From Octopus sinensis (Eukaryota): a DNA stretch of 64,000 bases. Shown here one piece after another: positions 13,526 through 26,570 of this stretch (positions within the stretch are counted from its first letter, which is position 1; the number at the start of each line of letters is the position of its first letter). The notes under the pieces are model-generated. The model was not told where the DNA came from, made no database searches, and saw nothing but the letters and a program-made list of their open reading frames with translations. A program made the position numbers and the translations under genes. Where the stretch lies: NCBI RefSeq assembly GCF_006345805.1, contig NC_042997.1, forward strand, positions 23,994,001 to 24,058,000, given 5' to 3'.

Positions 13526-13917
13526 CTAGCAGTATCGCCCGGCGTTGCTCGGGTTTGTAAGGGAAATAACTATATAAGCATTTTTAGAGATGTAAAGTAT
13601 AATAGCCATCTCAATATGGCTAACCACAAAGGGGGTGTTACTGTAGCTTTTTACGTTCTGAGATTTAATAATACATTTTTAGAGAGTTACTTCCCTAATA
13701 TAATAGCAAAAAAATGCATTAAAAATGGGAAAAAAATGATGGTAATTTTTTTAAAATCATAGACTCATCGTAGACGCGCGCTAATACCCAGAATGGCTCG
13801 ATATGAATCACGACTATAAGATACCCGCTTTTGATTAACTGCACCGCAAAATGTGGGAGTAGTTAGGAATCTAAATCGTAGGAGACAGACACACAACTTC
13901 ACTTTTATATATAAAGA
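13526..13917 (-). mobile_element. Non-autonomous Helitron, family F copy 2 (392 bp)
   Basis: Reverse complement of the 3581 element with A|TC and CTAG|T ends. Carries an extra ~90-bp segment. Confidence 0.92.
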
Positions 13918-14028
13918 TATTTCTAAAGGGTAATATTTTGGATATTACTTATCAAATAGTTCAGATGTTGTTTTATCTATATTATAACATTTGATCAAAT
14001 CAAATCAAACATTTGACGATCGTTTCAG

Positions 14029-14085
14029 CATTTTCATATTATAATGAAGACATTCGGAATCCAAACAGAACGAAGACCAACGCAG
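14029..14085 (+). CDS. Weak candidate 57-nt internal exon
   Basis: Acceptor cgtttcag| and donor CAG|gtaaca. Open in phase 0 (HFHIIMKTFGIQTERRPTQ) and phase 1 (FSYYNEDIRNPNRTKTNA). No homology recognised. Confidence 0.2.
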
Positions 14086-14709
14086 GTAACAATTATTTCG
14101 TAGGTCTGCGTTCGTAAGTTCAGTTACCATGGGAAATGGAAGCTTTAGCGTTTCGGAGTGTTATATTTTTTTTGTGTTTGAGAAGGCAAGCGACAGACAA
14201 AAAGAAATGGTTAAATCATCTTACACATAGACGAGAAAGAGTCGGAAACTTAGCTGCTTCATTCACCTTTCTCAAAACAATTTAACTTAGCGACTTTGTC
14301 GATGAACTCTTCAATTATACATAACGAAGAATTTAGGTAAGTCCACGTGAAACCAGAGATATTCATGAAAATTTGCTTTAGTGAAGAAGCAACAGTACTC
14401 ATTTTTTGAATTTCAAACTGTATGCATATTGTGTAATAGGTATTGTTTTTATTAATTAGTTACATTTGCAACATTAATATGATTTTGTCTATTATTGATT
14501 AAAAAAGAATGCGAATACACCGTAAGCAAATTCACCTTCCCTCAAAAACCAATCACAACAATAACACACACGGATTATGGAGATGATACACCGCTCCCAT
14601 CGTAGACATCATCTCAGAAATTGCTGAAAAGTGGTAGAATACAGAATGGATAAATACATAAGAGCAATTAAACAAATATCTCTAAAATCTGCAGAATCTT
14701 TCGGATACA

Positions 14710-15104
14710 TCTTTATATATAAAAGAGAAGTTGTGTGTCTGTCTCCTACGATTTAGATTCCTAACTACTCCCACATTTTGCGGTGCAGTTTAACCAAAAG
14801 CGGGTATCTTATAGTCGTGATTCATATCGAGCCCTTCTGGGTATTAGCGCGCGTCTACGATGAGTCTACGATTAAAAAAAAAATTACCATCATTTTTTTC
14901 CATTTTAATGCATTTTTTCGCTATTATATAAGGGAAGTAACTCTCTAAAAATGTCTACGATGAGTCAACGATTTAAAAAAAAATTTACCATCATTTGTTT
15001 TCCATTTTTAATGCATTTTTTGCTACTTTTTGGCTATAACTCTCTAAAAATGCTTATATAGTTATTTCCCTTACAAATCCGAGCAACGCGGGCGATACTG
15101 CTAG
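14710..15104 (+). mobile_element. Non-autonomous Helitron, family F copy 3 (395 bp) with an internal ~95-bp tandem duplication
   Basis: A|TC start, hairpin plus CTAG|T end. The block ctacgatgagtc...actctctaaaaatg occurs twice. Confidence 0.92.
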
Positions 15105-16139
15105 TAAGAAATAAGAAAAAAGTCTGTAGAAGTTCGTTTTGCAAAAACTTGAGCTGTTTTTGATGGCTTCAATGTCATGGTTAGTCATCGTTACCTATGA
15201 ACTTAAAAGAAGCTTCTAATGTACTATTTTGGAATCATTGCCTCGTTTTAGATTTGTTGTTTAGACATTCATCAAATTTCGAAGAGGAAGGCTTGGTGGA
15301 GTTAAAACTTGTATGTTACGAGTCATTCTGGATACCTTGTGAGGAAAAGCATCCAAAGAAACAGAGGCTGTATAGCTATATTTTTGCAACCACTAAATAT
15401 CATTAAAGAGAGTTATGAGTACATTGCTGACGAACTCAGCACGAACACATTATTGATACATTCCTATAAGCACCCAAAAATGAATACACATGAGTTGGCC
15501 CTTCAGTAAAAATTTTTACCAGTTCTGTACAGAGATGGAGTGTTGTCCCGCTAAACTTCCGAACGATATCTGTGATAGAGACGGAAAGTGTGATCGGTGA
15601 ACAAAGATGTTCAAATTCAACCGGATTGTTCAAATTAGACCATATGATGAAGATGCCAATTGTTGCTATATTTTCATCCTTAGGTGTATATTTCATTATT
15701 ATTCATTTTATTTTTCGTTATTTATTTATTTATTTATTGCTCATTCAATTAACATGCAGACGTAGAAGCATATACAAAAAAGATTTTGTATTGGGTTTAT
15801 TCCCAATATACAAATTACACAAAGACCAAAGCTTTAAGTGGTAAAAAGAATTACAATGTTTTTAGACCAGTTACAAGTGTATATCTAAGCTTGGTGTATA
15901 AACGCTTGAAAAGAACCACAAATTGATTCTTGAAAGATACTCAACGCCATTTTTATATAGTTCTAAATATAGTCTATTGTCCATTGTTATATTATGTTTA
16001 AAAAACACAGCAACAAAGATATTAGCGTACTACTATTTTGTCATATTAGATGTCCAAACTCCCTCTTTATCCCTCCCTTTTCCTCTTTCCTCTCTCTCGA
16101 TTTCACCTTTTTCTCTCCCTTTCCCCTCTCTTTCACTCG

Positions 16140-16659
<520 letters not shown>

Positions 16660-17139
16660 TTAAATGCTCTTTATAATAGATTCAAGGTAGACTGCATTCG
16701 GTGCGAATATAAGTATTAAAGCATGAAAGACATTGGATGTTTATGGCAGTGAGAATATGTGTAGTGAATCATAACTTTGATTTTACAATTTCCTTGAAAT
16801 AAGAAGGCGGCGATGTGGCTGTAAGCAAAGGCGGAATACCGAAGGAACACTAATGTCGGCGAAGTTAAATGTGTAGGTGTTGTATAGAGGAGGATGGGTA
16901 GGTGGAGTGACAAGTGGACAGTAATATAGTGAAAAAGATTTGTGGATAGTTCGAACATTGAACAAGATAATGACCCTCCAGGATAATGGCGGCCTTGGCT
17001 CGTAAACGACACACGTTTACGACTAGAGACTGTCGAGAAAGCGATTCGACCTGGACTTTGCTGCAGTCGCTTTAAATGGACGCTGATGGCTCTTTGTCAT
17101 ATCCAATAATATGAACGTGCGTATCAGATACATATATTC

Positions 17140-17624
17140 ATGTACATGTGTACATACATATACACACACAAACACGGATTCACATATGTAAACATACGCA
17201 TAAATACATACATATTTGTGTGTGTTTCATGCGTGAGTGTGAGAGAGTTTATGTGTATATAAATATACATACATATAGTTACATATACATACACACGTAT
17301 GAGTTATATGTATATACGAATATATATACACTGTGATATGAAGATAAACACATGCAGCATTTTGTGCGTGTGTGTATGTATGTGTATGTGTATGTGTACG
17401 TGTGTGTGTGTGTACACACAAACACTCATTTCTGTATTCTTATACGCATACAAAAGTTAATACAAGTATGTAAGTATATATTGTAGATTGTTGCATCTAC
17501 AATAGCTTTATCTACGCATATGTGTGTGCGTGTGGGTATATGTGTGTATACGTGTGTGTTTGTTTTCTACGTATGTGTATGCGTTTGTTTGAATGTATGA
17601 CACTGTGTGTACGTAAACTCGTAA

Positions 17625-17663
<39 letters not shown>

Positions 17664-17681
17664 GTATGTATGTATGTATAT

Positions 17682-17726
<45 letters not shown>

Positions 17727-17756
17727 TATATATATATTATATATAATTATTAATAC

Positions 17757-17820
<64 letters not shown>
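17140..17820. repeat. Compound microsatellite field (TA/TG/CATA)
   Basis: Visible low-complexity repeats. Confidence 0.9.
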
Positions 17821-17821
<1 letters not shown>

Positions 17822-18305
17822 AGTGTGTGCAATATGCTGAGATTTACTCTGTTTATATTCGGATTTTACGCTCTCTCCTTTCCTGCTTGGCTCCTTTAAG
17901 AATGTAATAGAACAGTAAAACTCGTACTTATTTGAGCTGATGGCAAAATCGATAGAACATCAGAGAAAATAGTTTCCTGTGTTAAGTTACGTCACTTCAC
18001 ATTCTGAGTTCAATCCTGGACAATCTTTGCTCCTTAGAAAACAAGTACCATTCTACATAACAAGTATTACGCTCGATGAATTCGACTATACAAGGCGATA
18101 TTCGAGCATTGCCATAGTCCAATAACTAGATCATATTTCAATTTTACTTGTGCGGCCATGCTGGGGCCATCGGCTTGAAGGCTATAGGCAAACTAACGGT
18201 AGTATTTATTTTTAAGTACATACGCACACGCGTTTGCGCTTATGCTGTAAGTAACTGTTAAGTAAAATTATGAATGTGAAAAATCCCCGTTCTCCTTATC
18301 AATAT

Positions 18306-18429
18306 CAGAGCGAAATGCTTAGCAGTATTTCGTCTGCCGCTACGTTCTGAGTTCAAATTCCGCCGAGATCGATCTAATCGACTGGCCCCCTCCCTATAAA
18401 TTTCAGACCTTGTGCCTACAGAAGAAATG

Positions 18430-18430
<1 letters not shown>
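18306..18430 (+). mobile_element. SINE B (B2 tail), 5'-truncated with an internal deletion between gtcga-like motifs
   Basis: gcgaaatgcttagcagtatttcgtctgccg...ccgagatcgatctaatcgactggccccctccc...tgtgcctacag. Confidence 0.75.
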
Positions 18431-18461
<31 letters not shown>

Positions 18462-18464
<3 letters not shown>

Positions 18465-18863
18465 CGCAGGAGTGGCTGTGTGGTAAGTAGCTTGCTAACC
18501 AACCACATGGTTCCGGGTTCAGTCCCACTGCGTGGCATCATGGGCAAGTGTCTTCTGCTATAGCCCCGGGTCGACCAATGCCTTGTGAGTGGATTTTGTA
18601 GACGGAAACTGAAAGAAGCCTGTCGTATATATGTATATATGTATAAGTGTGTGTGTATATGTTTGTGTGTCTGTGTTTGTCCCCCTAGCATTGCTTGACA
18701 ACCGATGCTGGTGTGTTTACGTCCCCGTCACATAGCGGTTCGGCAAAAGACACCGATAGAATAAGTACTGGGCTTACAAAGAATAAGTCCTGGGGTCGAT
18801 TTGCTCGACTAAAGGCGGTGCTCCAGCATGGCTGCAGTCAAATGACTGAAACAAGTAAAAGAG
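18462..18863 (+). mobile_element. SINE family C inside a (TA)n tract
   Basis: Full head and tail; (TA)n on both flanks. Confidence 0.92.
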
Positions 18864-18927
18864 TATATATATATATATATATATTATATATAAGAATATT
18901 TCGTATAATAAGATAAAAAACCAAGGT

Positions 18928-19143
18928 TGTATAGATATTAGAGCATAGAAGATCTAACAGCTGTTTCTAAAATATTAATTTATAGTATGCCTTCATCGGA
19001 GACGGTGTGAGAGGAAAGTTAAGTCATAGTAAGTTTGGATGACTTAACTTTCCTCTCTAACCGTCTCCGATGAAGGGATACTATTAATTAATATCCTAAA
19101 AAAAGCTGTAAGATCTATCTATAAATGCTCTAATATCTATACA
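18928..19143. repeat. ~216-nt imperfect fold-back (arms ~100 bp, 11-nt loop); probable MITE
   Basis: The inner 56 bp pair with 4 mismatches (atattaatttatagtatgccttcatcggagacggtgtgagaggaaagttaagtcat vs the reverse complement of the right arm). Outer arms pair out to tgtatagatattagagcat. Confidence 0.9.
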
Positions 19144-19210
19144 GCATTCTATATTGAGAATCACTGGATCGCATCTGTTGATTCTCTCTCTGTATATATA
19201 TATAATATAT

Positions 19211-19250
<40 letters not shown>

Positions 19251-19794
19251 ATATATATATATAAATATATACATACATACATACATAAATACATATATAT
19301 GTATGTAAGTATGTATTATGTATACACCGAGAGAGAATGAGAGAGAGAGAGAGAAAAAAAGAATAGGAGCGTGTTTGTGTGTGTGTGTGCGTGTTTGTGT
19401 GTGTGTGTGCGTGTGTGTGTGCGTGTGTATGCGCGGGAGAGAGGGAGGAGGGGAAGAGAGAGGAAGAACCCAAAGATGCTAGTTATAAATACCAACAATA
19501 TGGCTGACGGGAAACACATCAGGGCATTTTTTGCGTATAAATATATTCTTGCATTTGTAATGAAATAAACTATAATGCTACAACTAACTGATATTATCCG
19601 TGCAATTAAGTGAGAAATTTCCAAACAGCATTTTCTGAGTTTTTCCGAAATCGTTATATGATGTCATTTGAGTTATTTCCCTTACTTATTAGTTATTGGT
19701 AATTATTGCTTGTAAGCATTTAAAAAGAGAATGGTTCTTTCAAACTTCGGAAGTCCAAGGGTTGGTAAGGGACCTTAATGGGTTTTTATTGCTT

Positions 19795-20010
19795 ATCCTT
19801 TACTTGTTTCAGTTATTGGACAGCGGTAATTCTGGGGCACCCACCGCCTTGAAATGTTTCATTTCAATGAATCGACTTAAGTATATATATTTAGAAACCC
19901 GATTGTTATTATGTCGGTTACTTATGACGAACCGCTAAGTTACGGGACGTAAACAAAATATCTAAGATTGTTAAGTGGGTGGGGAGACATAAACACAAAC
20001 ACACACTTAC
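19795..20010 (-). mobile_element. Decayed SINE-C tail
   Basis: ttttacttgtttcagtt...gcaccc...gaaccgctaagttacgggacgtaaac. Confidence 0.75.
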
Positions 20011-20045
20011 ACATACATATGTAAATATATATACGTATACATGTA

Positions 20046-20090
<45 letters not shown>

Positions 20091-20195
20091 CTGTCTGTTT
20101 GTCTGTCTATTTATCTACCTATCTGTAACCACGTGAATCGTTGTCAATTTTTTTCCCTCCGTCTTCATTTTCTCTTGGACTTACCTCTGTCTCCT

Positions 20196-20230
20196 GTTTC
20201 TGAAGAAGAGCTTTGCTCGAAACTTAAAAC
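20196..20230 (+). ncRNA. Minimal hammerhead-ribozyme-like motif (probably inactivated)
   Basis: gttt-CUGAAGA-a-GAGC uuu GCUC-GAAAC-uu-a-aaac. Core and stems I and II are present; the expected G of the stem-III GU is a U. Confidence 0.5.
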
Positions 20231-20440
20231 CACCTTTCTTTCCTTCCCTGAGCGTTTGCTAATACTTTGCATCTATCATGTCTTCGCGTTGTTGCTTTTT
20301 TTTTCTTGCGTTTGTTCTTCCTATTCTTGGATTTGCTACACACACCCACACACACACACACACACCACACACACATACATACAACATATTATATATATAT
20401 TATATATATAATATAATATATATATATATATATATAATAT

Positions 20441-20630
20441 ATCATCACTCATCATCATCATCATCATCGTTTAACGTCCGTTCTCCTGCTAGCACGGGTT
20501 GGACGGTTCAAACCAGGGTCTGGGAAGCCAGAAGGCTGCACCAGGCTCCAGTCTTATCTGGCAGGTTTCTACACCTGGATGCCCTTCCTAACGCCAACCA
20601 CTCCGTGAGTGAGTGGGTGCTTTTTACATA
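20441..20630 (-). mobile_element. 5'-truncated retroposon 3' end with a (GAT)n tail (RTE-like)
   Basis: catcatcatcatcgtttaacgtccg...ggttggacgg...ggatgcccttcctaacgccaacc, next to (TA)n. Confidence 0.7.
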
Positions 20631-21021
20631 TTGAATACTTCCAAAAATTGTTTTAAAAAGCTATATAATCCTTGCGGTTACCGTATTTCCTCTTAAATCG
20701 GTTTTAAACGCCGGCTAACCATAGTGAATGTTTGGTGATACCCGAGTTCGTAATAAGTTACTTGACACCCGTAATTATTCACGCTCGGTAAATCCGAGAG
20801 TCCTTTTCAGGACTGCATAGTTTCCGTAGAGTAATAGTATTAATAATACTGAGGAGAACGGAGATTTTCCCATCTATAATTTTATCAACAGTTATTTATA
20901 GCGTTCTTTCGCGGACATATGTCCGTTTCAACCGCATCAACTGCACACTACGGTGCGTAATTTGGTATTATTGTCGATGCAGTTTCTTATTATTTGCTGC
21001 TATTCGAAAACAATCACCGGT

Positions 21022-21545
21022 TCATCATCATCATCATTGTTCGACCGTGGTCGAGACAATGGAATTTACCATGCTACGCCAGACTTCACGGTCCATCATG
21101 GCATTACGGAGGTCCTGTTGCTGGATGCCTGTATCCCTGGAGATTACATCAGGGTAGGAGAGTGTGCGCCCTCTGGTATTGCGAGATAGCTTCCAGAGGA
21201 GAAGAGCAGAAATTACTTCTTTTTCAGCTCTACAACAAAGTCCAGCAAACTGGATTCTCCTACCTTTCACAAGAGATGACACAGGTGGTAGTTTCCCATA
21301 TATGCATTTTTGGTTGGATGGCGCCTCCACGAGAGATTTTGAGCTCTCATAAGGAGGCGAGTGTAGGTTCCATCCAACCGCCTCTCAAGCTTCTTTGATA
21401 ACGTCCAGGTTTCTGAGCCATATAGTAGAATTGGTTCGACTGTGGCTTTGAAGATTTCAAGTTTGAAGTCTCTACTTAGATTTGATGACCAGATCTTATG
21501 CATGTCATTACAGGCTGACCAGGCCATACCCTTTCTAGTTTCAAC
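21022..21545 (-). mobile_element. RTE-clade LINE 3' fragment, nearly intact reading frame, (TGA)n tail
   Basis: RKGMAWSACNDMHKIW...KLEIFKATVEPILLYGSETWTL...RRIQFAG...DREVWRSMV (post-RT region of RTE). One frameshift; the stop runs into (tga)n. Confidence 0.92.
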
Positions 21546-21673
21546 TTACAGGGGCTTTGGTCTATCTGGGGCTATAACAAAAGACACTTGCTCAAGGTAC
21601 CACGTAGTGTTCGTGAATCCAGAACTATGTGGTTGAGAATCAAACTTCTTACCACTTAGCCACTCCTTCGCTT
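21546..21673 (-). mobile_element. SINE-C 5' head directly abutting the RTE fragment
   Basis: gcgaaggagtggctaagtggtaagaag...gttctggattc...ccttgagcaagtgtctt...gaccaaagccc. Confidence 0.75.
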
Positions 21674-21847
21674 GTTAATGATAAATTCATAAAAATAACT
21701 AAACTCGTATCAGTTGATTCCTGCCTTTCAGCTACAAAATATTCTCCGATTGGAACATCGATTATATCTCACGACGCGACCAATTATATATTTATTCAAC
21801 ATGTATATTATCTCCAACTGTGTCTATTATGGAACGGTATGCTGAAG

Positions 21848-22079
21848 ACGGCAGCGAGCTGGCAGAAACGTTAGCACGCGGGCAAAATGCATAGCCGTAT
21901 TTCGTCTGCCGTTACGTTCTGAGTTCAAATTTCGCCGAGGTCGACTTTGCCTTTCATCCTTTCGGGGTCGCTAAATTAAGTACCAGTTATGTACTGGGGT
22001 CAATGTAATCGACTTAATCCGTTTGTCTGTCCTTGTTTGTCCCCTCTGTGTTTAGCTCCTTGTGGGTAGTAAAGAAATG
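21848..22079 (+). mobile_element. SINE B (B1 tail), full length
   Basis: 12-bp TSD ggtatgctgaag at 21836-21847 and 22080-22091. Confidence 0.93.
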
Positions 22080-22793
22080 GGTATGCTGAAGTCTTTTTAA
22101 TATGAACCGCCAGCCATTACTCTTCGATCAAAAACAAGAAAAATTGTTCTTCGTCACTCCGATAGTTGATGAAGAGGTCTGGTAAGCGGTCCTGATGAAT
22201 ATTAATATACACGAAACGCTTGTCACCGAATCAATTGCGTTGCTTTCTTCTACGGAATACTCTATGCTTTAACCACAAATAGCAAAACTATTTGTATAAT
22301 TGTTCAGACAAATTATATACACACGTATCTGAACAGCAGTGTGCCGCTGAGTTTGTTAATGCATACATGTGTAAGTACGTGTGAGTGAATTCTTCTATTA
22401 CACAATTTTTTTGTATTCGTAATCAATGAGGTTCTGTGTAAATGAAGGCCAAGAATATAAGTTGATGTATTTGATTTAAAGTATAACGAAAAGAGGAGAT
22501 TAAATCATATGATATCCAACTGATGTTTGGTTTTAAGGTGTGGCAAGGTTTTGGGATGTAGCAATCATTAAAATTTTCTCTTTATATCCATCCTCTTCTA
22601 CGGTGAGAGAACCAAATAACTGAAAAGCAAACGAAAATATCGGTTCCTCAAATCAGATGCATTTACACATACTCAGATGCTTAACCTTATACACACACGC
22701 ACACAAACAAACACACACATATATACATTCAAGCACACGACTATACATATATTTATATCCAAACACACAAAGGCATACACACACATATATATG

Positions 22794-22850
<57 letters not shown>

Positions 22851-22944
22851 ATATATATATGAAAGGAGAGACAGACAGAGAAAGAGACAGAGTGAGAGAA
22901 AGAGTGACATCTAAAATAATACACACATGGGAGTTAGTTTGTAT

Positions 22945-23110
22945 AACGTGGCATTTCGTCCGTCTTTCGTTCTGGGTTCAAATTCCGCCGTGGTCAATTT
23001 TGCTTTCATCATTTCGGGGTCGATAAAATAAGCACCATTTGAACACTGGGGACGATGTAATCGAATTGACCCCGCCCCGAACTGACTTTTAATACCAGGT
23101 TATTAGTGCT
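22945..23110 (+). mobile_element. Decayed SINE B fragment
   Basis: gttctgggttcaaattccgccgtggtcaattttgctttcatcatttcggggtcgata. Confidence 0.75.
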
Positions 23111-23129
23111 GTGCTTAAGTGAAATCTGA

Positions 23130-23145
23130 ATAGATAGATAGATAG

Positions 23146-23188
<43 letters not shown>

Positions 23189-23222
23189 CAGACACAGACA
23201 AACAAATACATACATGCATACA

Positions 23223-23254
<32 letters not shown>

Positions 23255-23516
23255 CATACATACATGCATACATACATACATACATACATACATACATACA
23301 TACATACATACATAGAAGTATGCATATGTATGTATGTATATACAATATACATACATGCATATACAAAAGGAGAGATTGGGCGGGAGGTGACATACAGACA
23401 GACACTAAGAGATTATGAGCCATCTTAGAACGTGTAACTTCAATAGAATTAAAATTTCTACACCGAAAGATGATTATGGTGCTGACGTTGATGTATGTAC
23501 ATATGTATACCATTGC

Positions 23517-23565
<49 letters not shown>

Positions 23566-23590
23566 GTATATATATATATATATATTTGCA

Positions 23591-23644
<54 letters not shown>

Positions 23645-23690
23645 TGCGCGCATGTGTACATACATGCGCGTGAATCCGTGTCATGATGTG
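23130..23690. repeat. Compound microsatellites (GATA)n,(CATA)n,(TA)n,(GA)n
   Basis: Visible low-complexity repeats. Confidence 0.9.
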
Positions 23691-23841
23691 CATTGCCTAT
23701 AAACGCATCGAAATGAATGAGTCAGATGGCTTAACAATTGACCCAAGATCATATACCAATATCGAGAATATTCTAATGACCTGAAACAAGGTTTTAAGCA
23801 ATTCTGACATGTAATCCTGACTTCTAGACTTCAATAGGAAT

Positions 23842-23941
23842 NNNNNNNNNNNNNNNNNNNNNNNNNNNNNNNNNNNNNNNNNNNNNNNNNNNNNNNNNNN
23901 NNNNNNNNNNNNNNNNNNNNNNNNNNNNNNNNNNNNNNNNN
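23842..23941. other. Assembly gap, 100 N
   Basis: Run of exactly 100 N, the usual placeholder for a gap of unknown size. Confidence 0.99.
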
Positions 23942-24274
23942 GTACTTAAATTAGTTTATGAGTGTATATGTGTGTATGTGTGTGTGTGAGTATGTGTATG
24001 CATTTGTATCTTTGGTGTGTTTTCGATGTCTTATTTGTTCGTTTCCTTGCACTTAAGCTCATAAGTATCGAGTGCATGTATGTGCGCATGTATGTATGCA
24101 AGTACGTATGTTCTCATGTACGTATGTATACACAAACAAACACGGCAAGTATTGAGTCAAAATGGCCATGTTTTTTCCATCTTCTAAAGGATATTAAACC
24201 GATTTTCTAAGCTGTCTTGAAAGGGATCCTGCATTCGAGAATTCCTTTAATTTCTGTCGAATATATATATCACG

Positions 24275-24545
24275 GTATCGACCAGACTATCGGTTGTTGT
24301 TATACATCACTGATTACAATGCGTTTTGCATCGATTTAGCTTTTGCATGCTGCCATTCCGCTGGCTAGGTGGAAAGGATGGCATTACCCCTGATCGGAAG
24401 GTTATTCTGACGCAGGGTTACAGCTGAGTGGACAGAAATGACGCGAAATGAAGGGTTTTGGTTAAGAACAGACCACGCCGCCCGATCCGGGAATCGAACC
24501 TACGATCTGGTGACCGTGAGTGCAAGGCCCTGAACATGCTACCAT
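24275..24545 (-). mobile_element. Decayed tRNA/CORE-like SINE (family A-related head, different tail)
   Basis: Minus strand: gggccttgcactcacggtcacc...gtaggttcgattcccggatcgggcgg...gtccactcagctgtaa. Confidence 0.65.
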
Positions 24546-24632
<87 letters not shown>

Positions 24633-25045
24633 CGTATTTGAATACATGGGAATTGAAAAGCTTTTAGCAGTTAATCCAGCTAAATGTTACAATGGCACTG
24701 AAAATTATCCTTTCAGATTTTGGGGGTTCTTAATTAAGGACCACCTAAATTATTCAAAAGTTCCCTTACTTTTCATCCTTTAATTTTTATATTCAAATTT
24801 TCACCCCAAGTGATAGGCAGTGGTATCTGAAATCAGAACTTACAGAACGTATGCAAGTATGATAAAGTGTCTCATCAGGATCCCTCACATTCTTAGAAAT
24901 CACAGCCTTTGTAGATTATTTCATTTATTTGTCCTGAAAGAGCAAAACACGAAATTGACAAAGGAATGATTTGAACACAGATTGCAGAGAACAGCAGCAT
25001 CCAATACAAAGCATTCTATCTGAAGCTCTTACGAATCTGACAGAT

Positions 25046-25079
<34 letters not shown>

Positions 25080-25156
25080 TATAGATAGATAGATATATAG
25101 ATAGATAGATAGATAGATAAGTAATAGATACATATGTATATATATGTATATATATG

Positions 25157-25247
<91 letters not shown>

Positions 25248-25332
25248 TAAAGGGGGAGAGATTAAACTTCATCCCGTTCGGTTCATTCCTTTGTTATTTC
25301 GTGGGTTGCTTTCGTTGCGGCCTTTTCGTCAG

Positions 25333-25407
25333 TACAGTGTCTTTGAAACTCTACGCCGTCCTAATGAGTGTTACGAGTTCTTTGGAGATAAAGATCAAGA
25401 CTATAAG
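25333..25407 (+). CDS. Candidate 75-nt phase-0 coding exon (YSVFETLRRPNECYEFFGDKDQDYK)
   Basis: Pyrimidine-rich acceptor ccttttcgtcag|, strong donor AAG|gtgaga, length divisible by 3, open frame, complex non-repetitive sequence between microsatellite fields. Protein not recognised. Confidence 0.4.
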
Positions 25408-25479
25408 GTGAGATTTTAGACAAGAAAACGCTGAGCACTTCCCGTCACGTCCTTTTGATATATATCTGCTTGAATGTAT

Positions 25480-26031
25480 ATACGTACGCACCTACGTATG
25501 CATGCGTATATTTATGTATGTATGTATGTATGTTTGTACATATATTTGTGTGTATGTATGCATGTATGTATGTATACACAAGCATACACATGCAGACGAA
25601 CATACATAAATGCACACATCCAACATATATATTTATAATGCATGCTGTGAAGGATATGTGGGTATGGGTGTCTATGCGTCATATATTTATATGTGTGTAT
25701 ATATATATATATTCAATTCATGATTTAACGACCACTTCCACGCTCTTTCCCTCTCGCTCTATTTACCTATCTATCTATTTATCTATCTCTCTATCAATCT
25801 CTCAAATAATATATGATATGTGAATGCGTGCGTGTGTATACATGCATAAATATATGTTTATAGTTTAGTATACACGCGTTTTTGCATGAATATATATATA
25901 TATATGTATATATGCATATATATATGTTTATAGTTTAGTATTGACATACATCCATACACACGCGTTTTTGCATGAATATATATATATATATATGTATATA
26001 TGCATATATATGTGTGTGTGTGTGTGTATAC

Positions 26032-26083
<52 letters not shown>

Positions 26084-26234
26084 ATAGACAGACATAGCTG
26101 GATGGATAGATAGATAGACAGACAGACCGATAGACAGATAGATAGACGGACAGACAGATAGATAGATGGATGGATAGACACATACATAGAAAGCCGCATA
26201 CACACACGTACACACACACGTACACACACACATA

Positions 26235-26296
<62 letters not shown>

Positions 26297-26486
26297 CACG
26301 CGCCCATGTGTATGCATATCTATGTATGAAAAAGAGGAAGTCCGTGTGTGTGTGTGTGTGTGTGTGTGTTGTGTGTGTGTGTGTATTCTACCAGTCTTTT
26401 CTGACTGCATTTCTATAATGAGTGCATGGTGTACATATATTTCACAAGGCTACGGGAACGAGTGTTTAGCACCGAGTGTTTAGCAA

Positions 26487-26563
<77 letters not shown>

Positions 26564-26570
26564 TTGTTGT
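25480..26570. repeat. Compound microsatellite field with a small ~70-85-bp tandem duplication (25856-26010)
   Basis: gtttatagtttagta...cacgcgtttttgcatgaatatata occurs twice within TA/TG/GATA/CA tracts. Confidence 0.85.

Noticed and set aside
14540-15700. Possible decayed LINE RT split by Helitron copy 3
   Set aside because: Only vague similarity (RKAWW, LPVLY) with many stops; cannot be supported.
22185-22225. Hammerhead-like CUGAUGA...GAAAC (also ~4953)
   Set aside because: Stems I and II do not form properly; noted only as relics.
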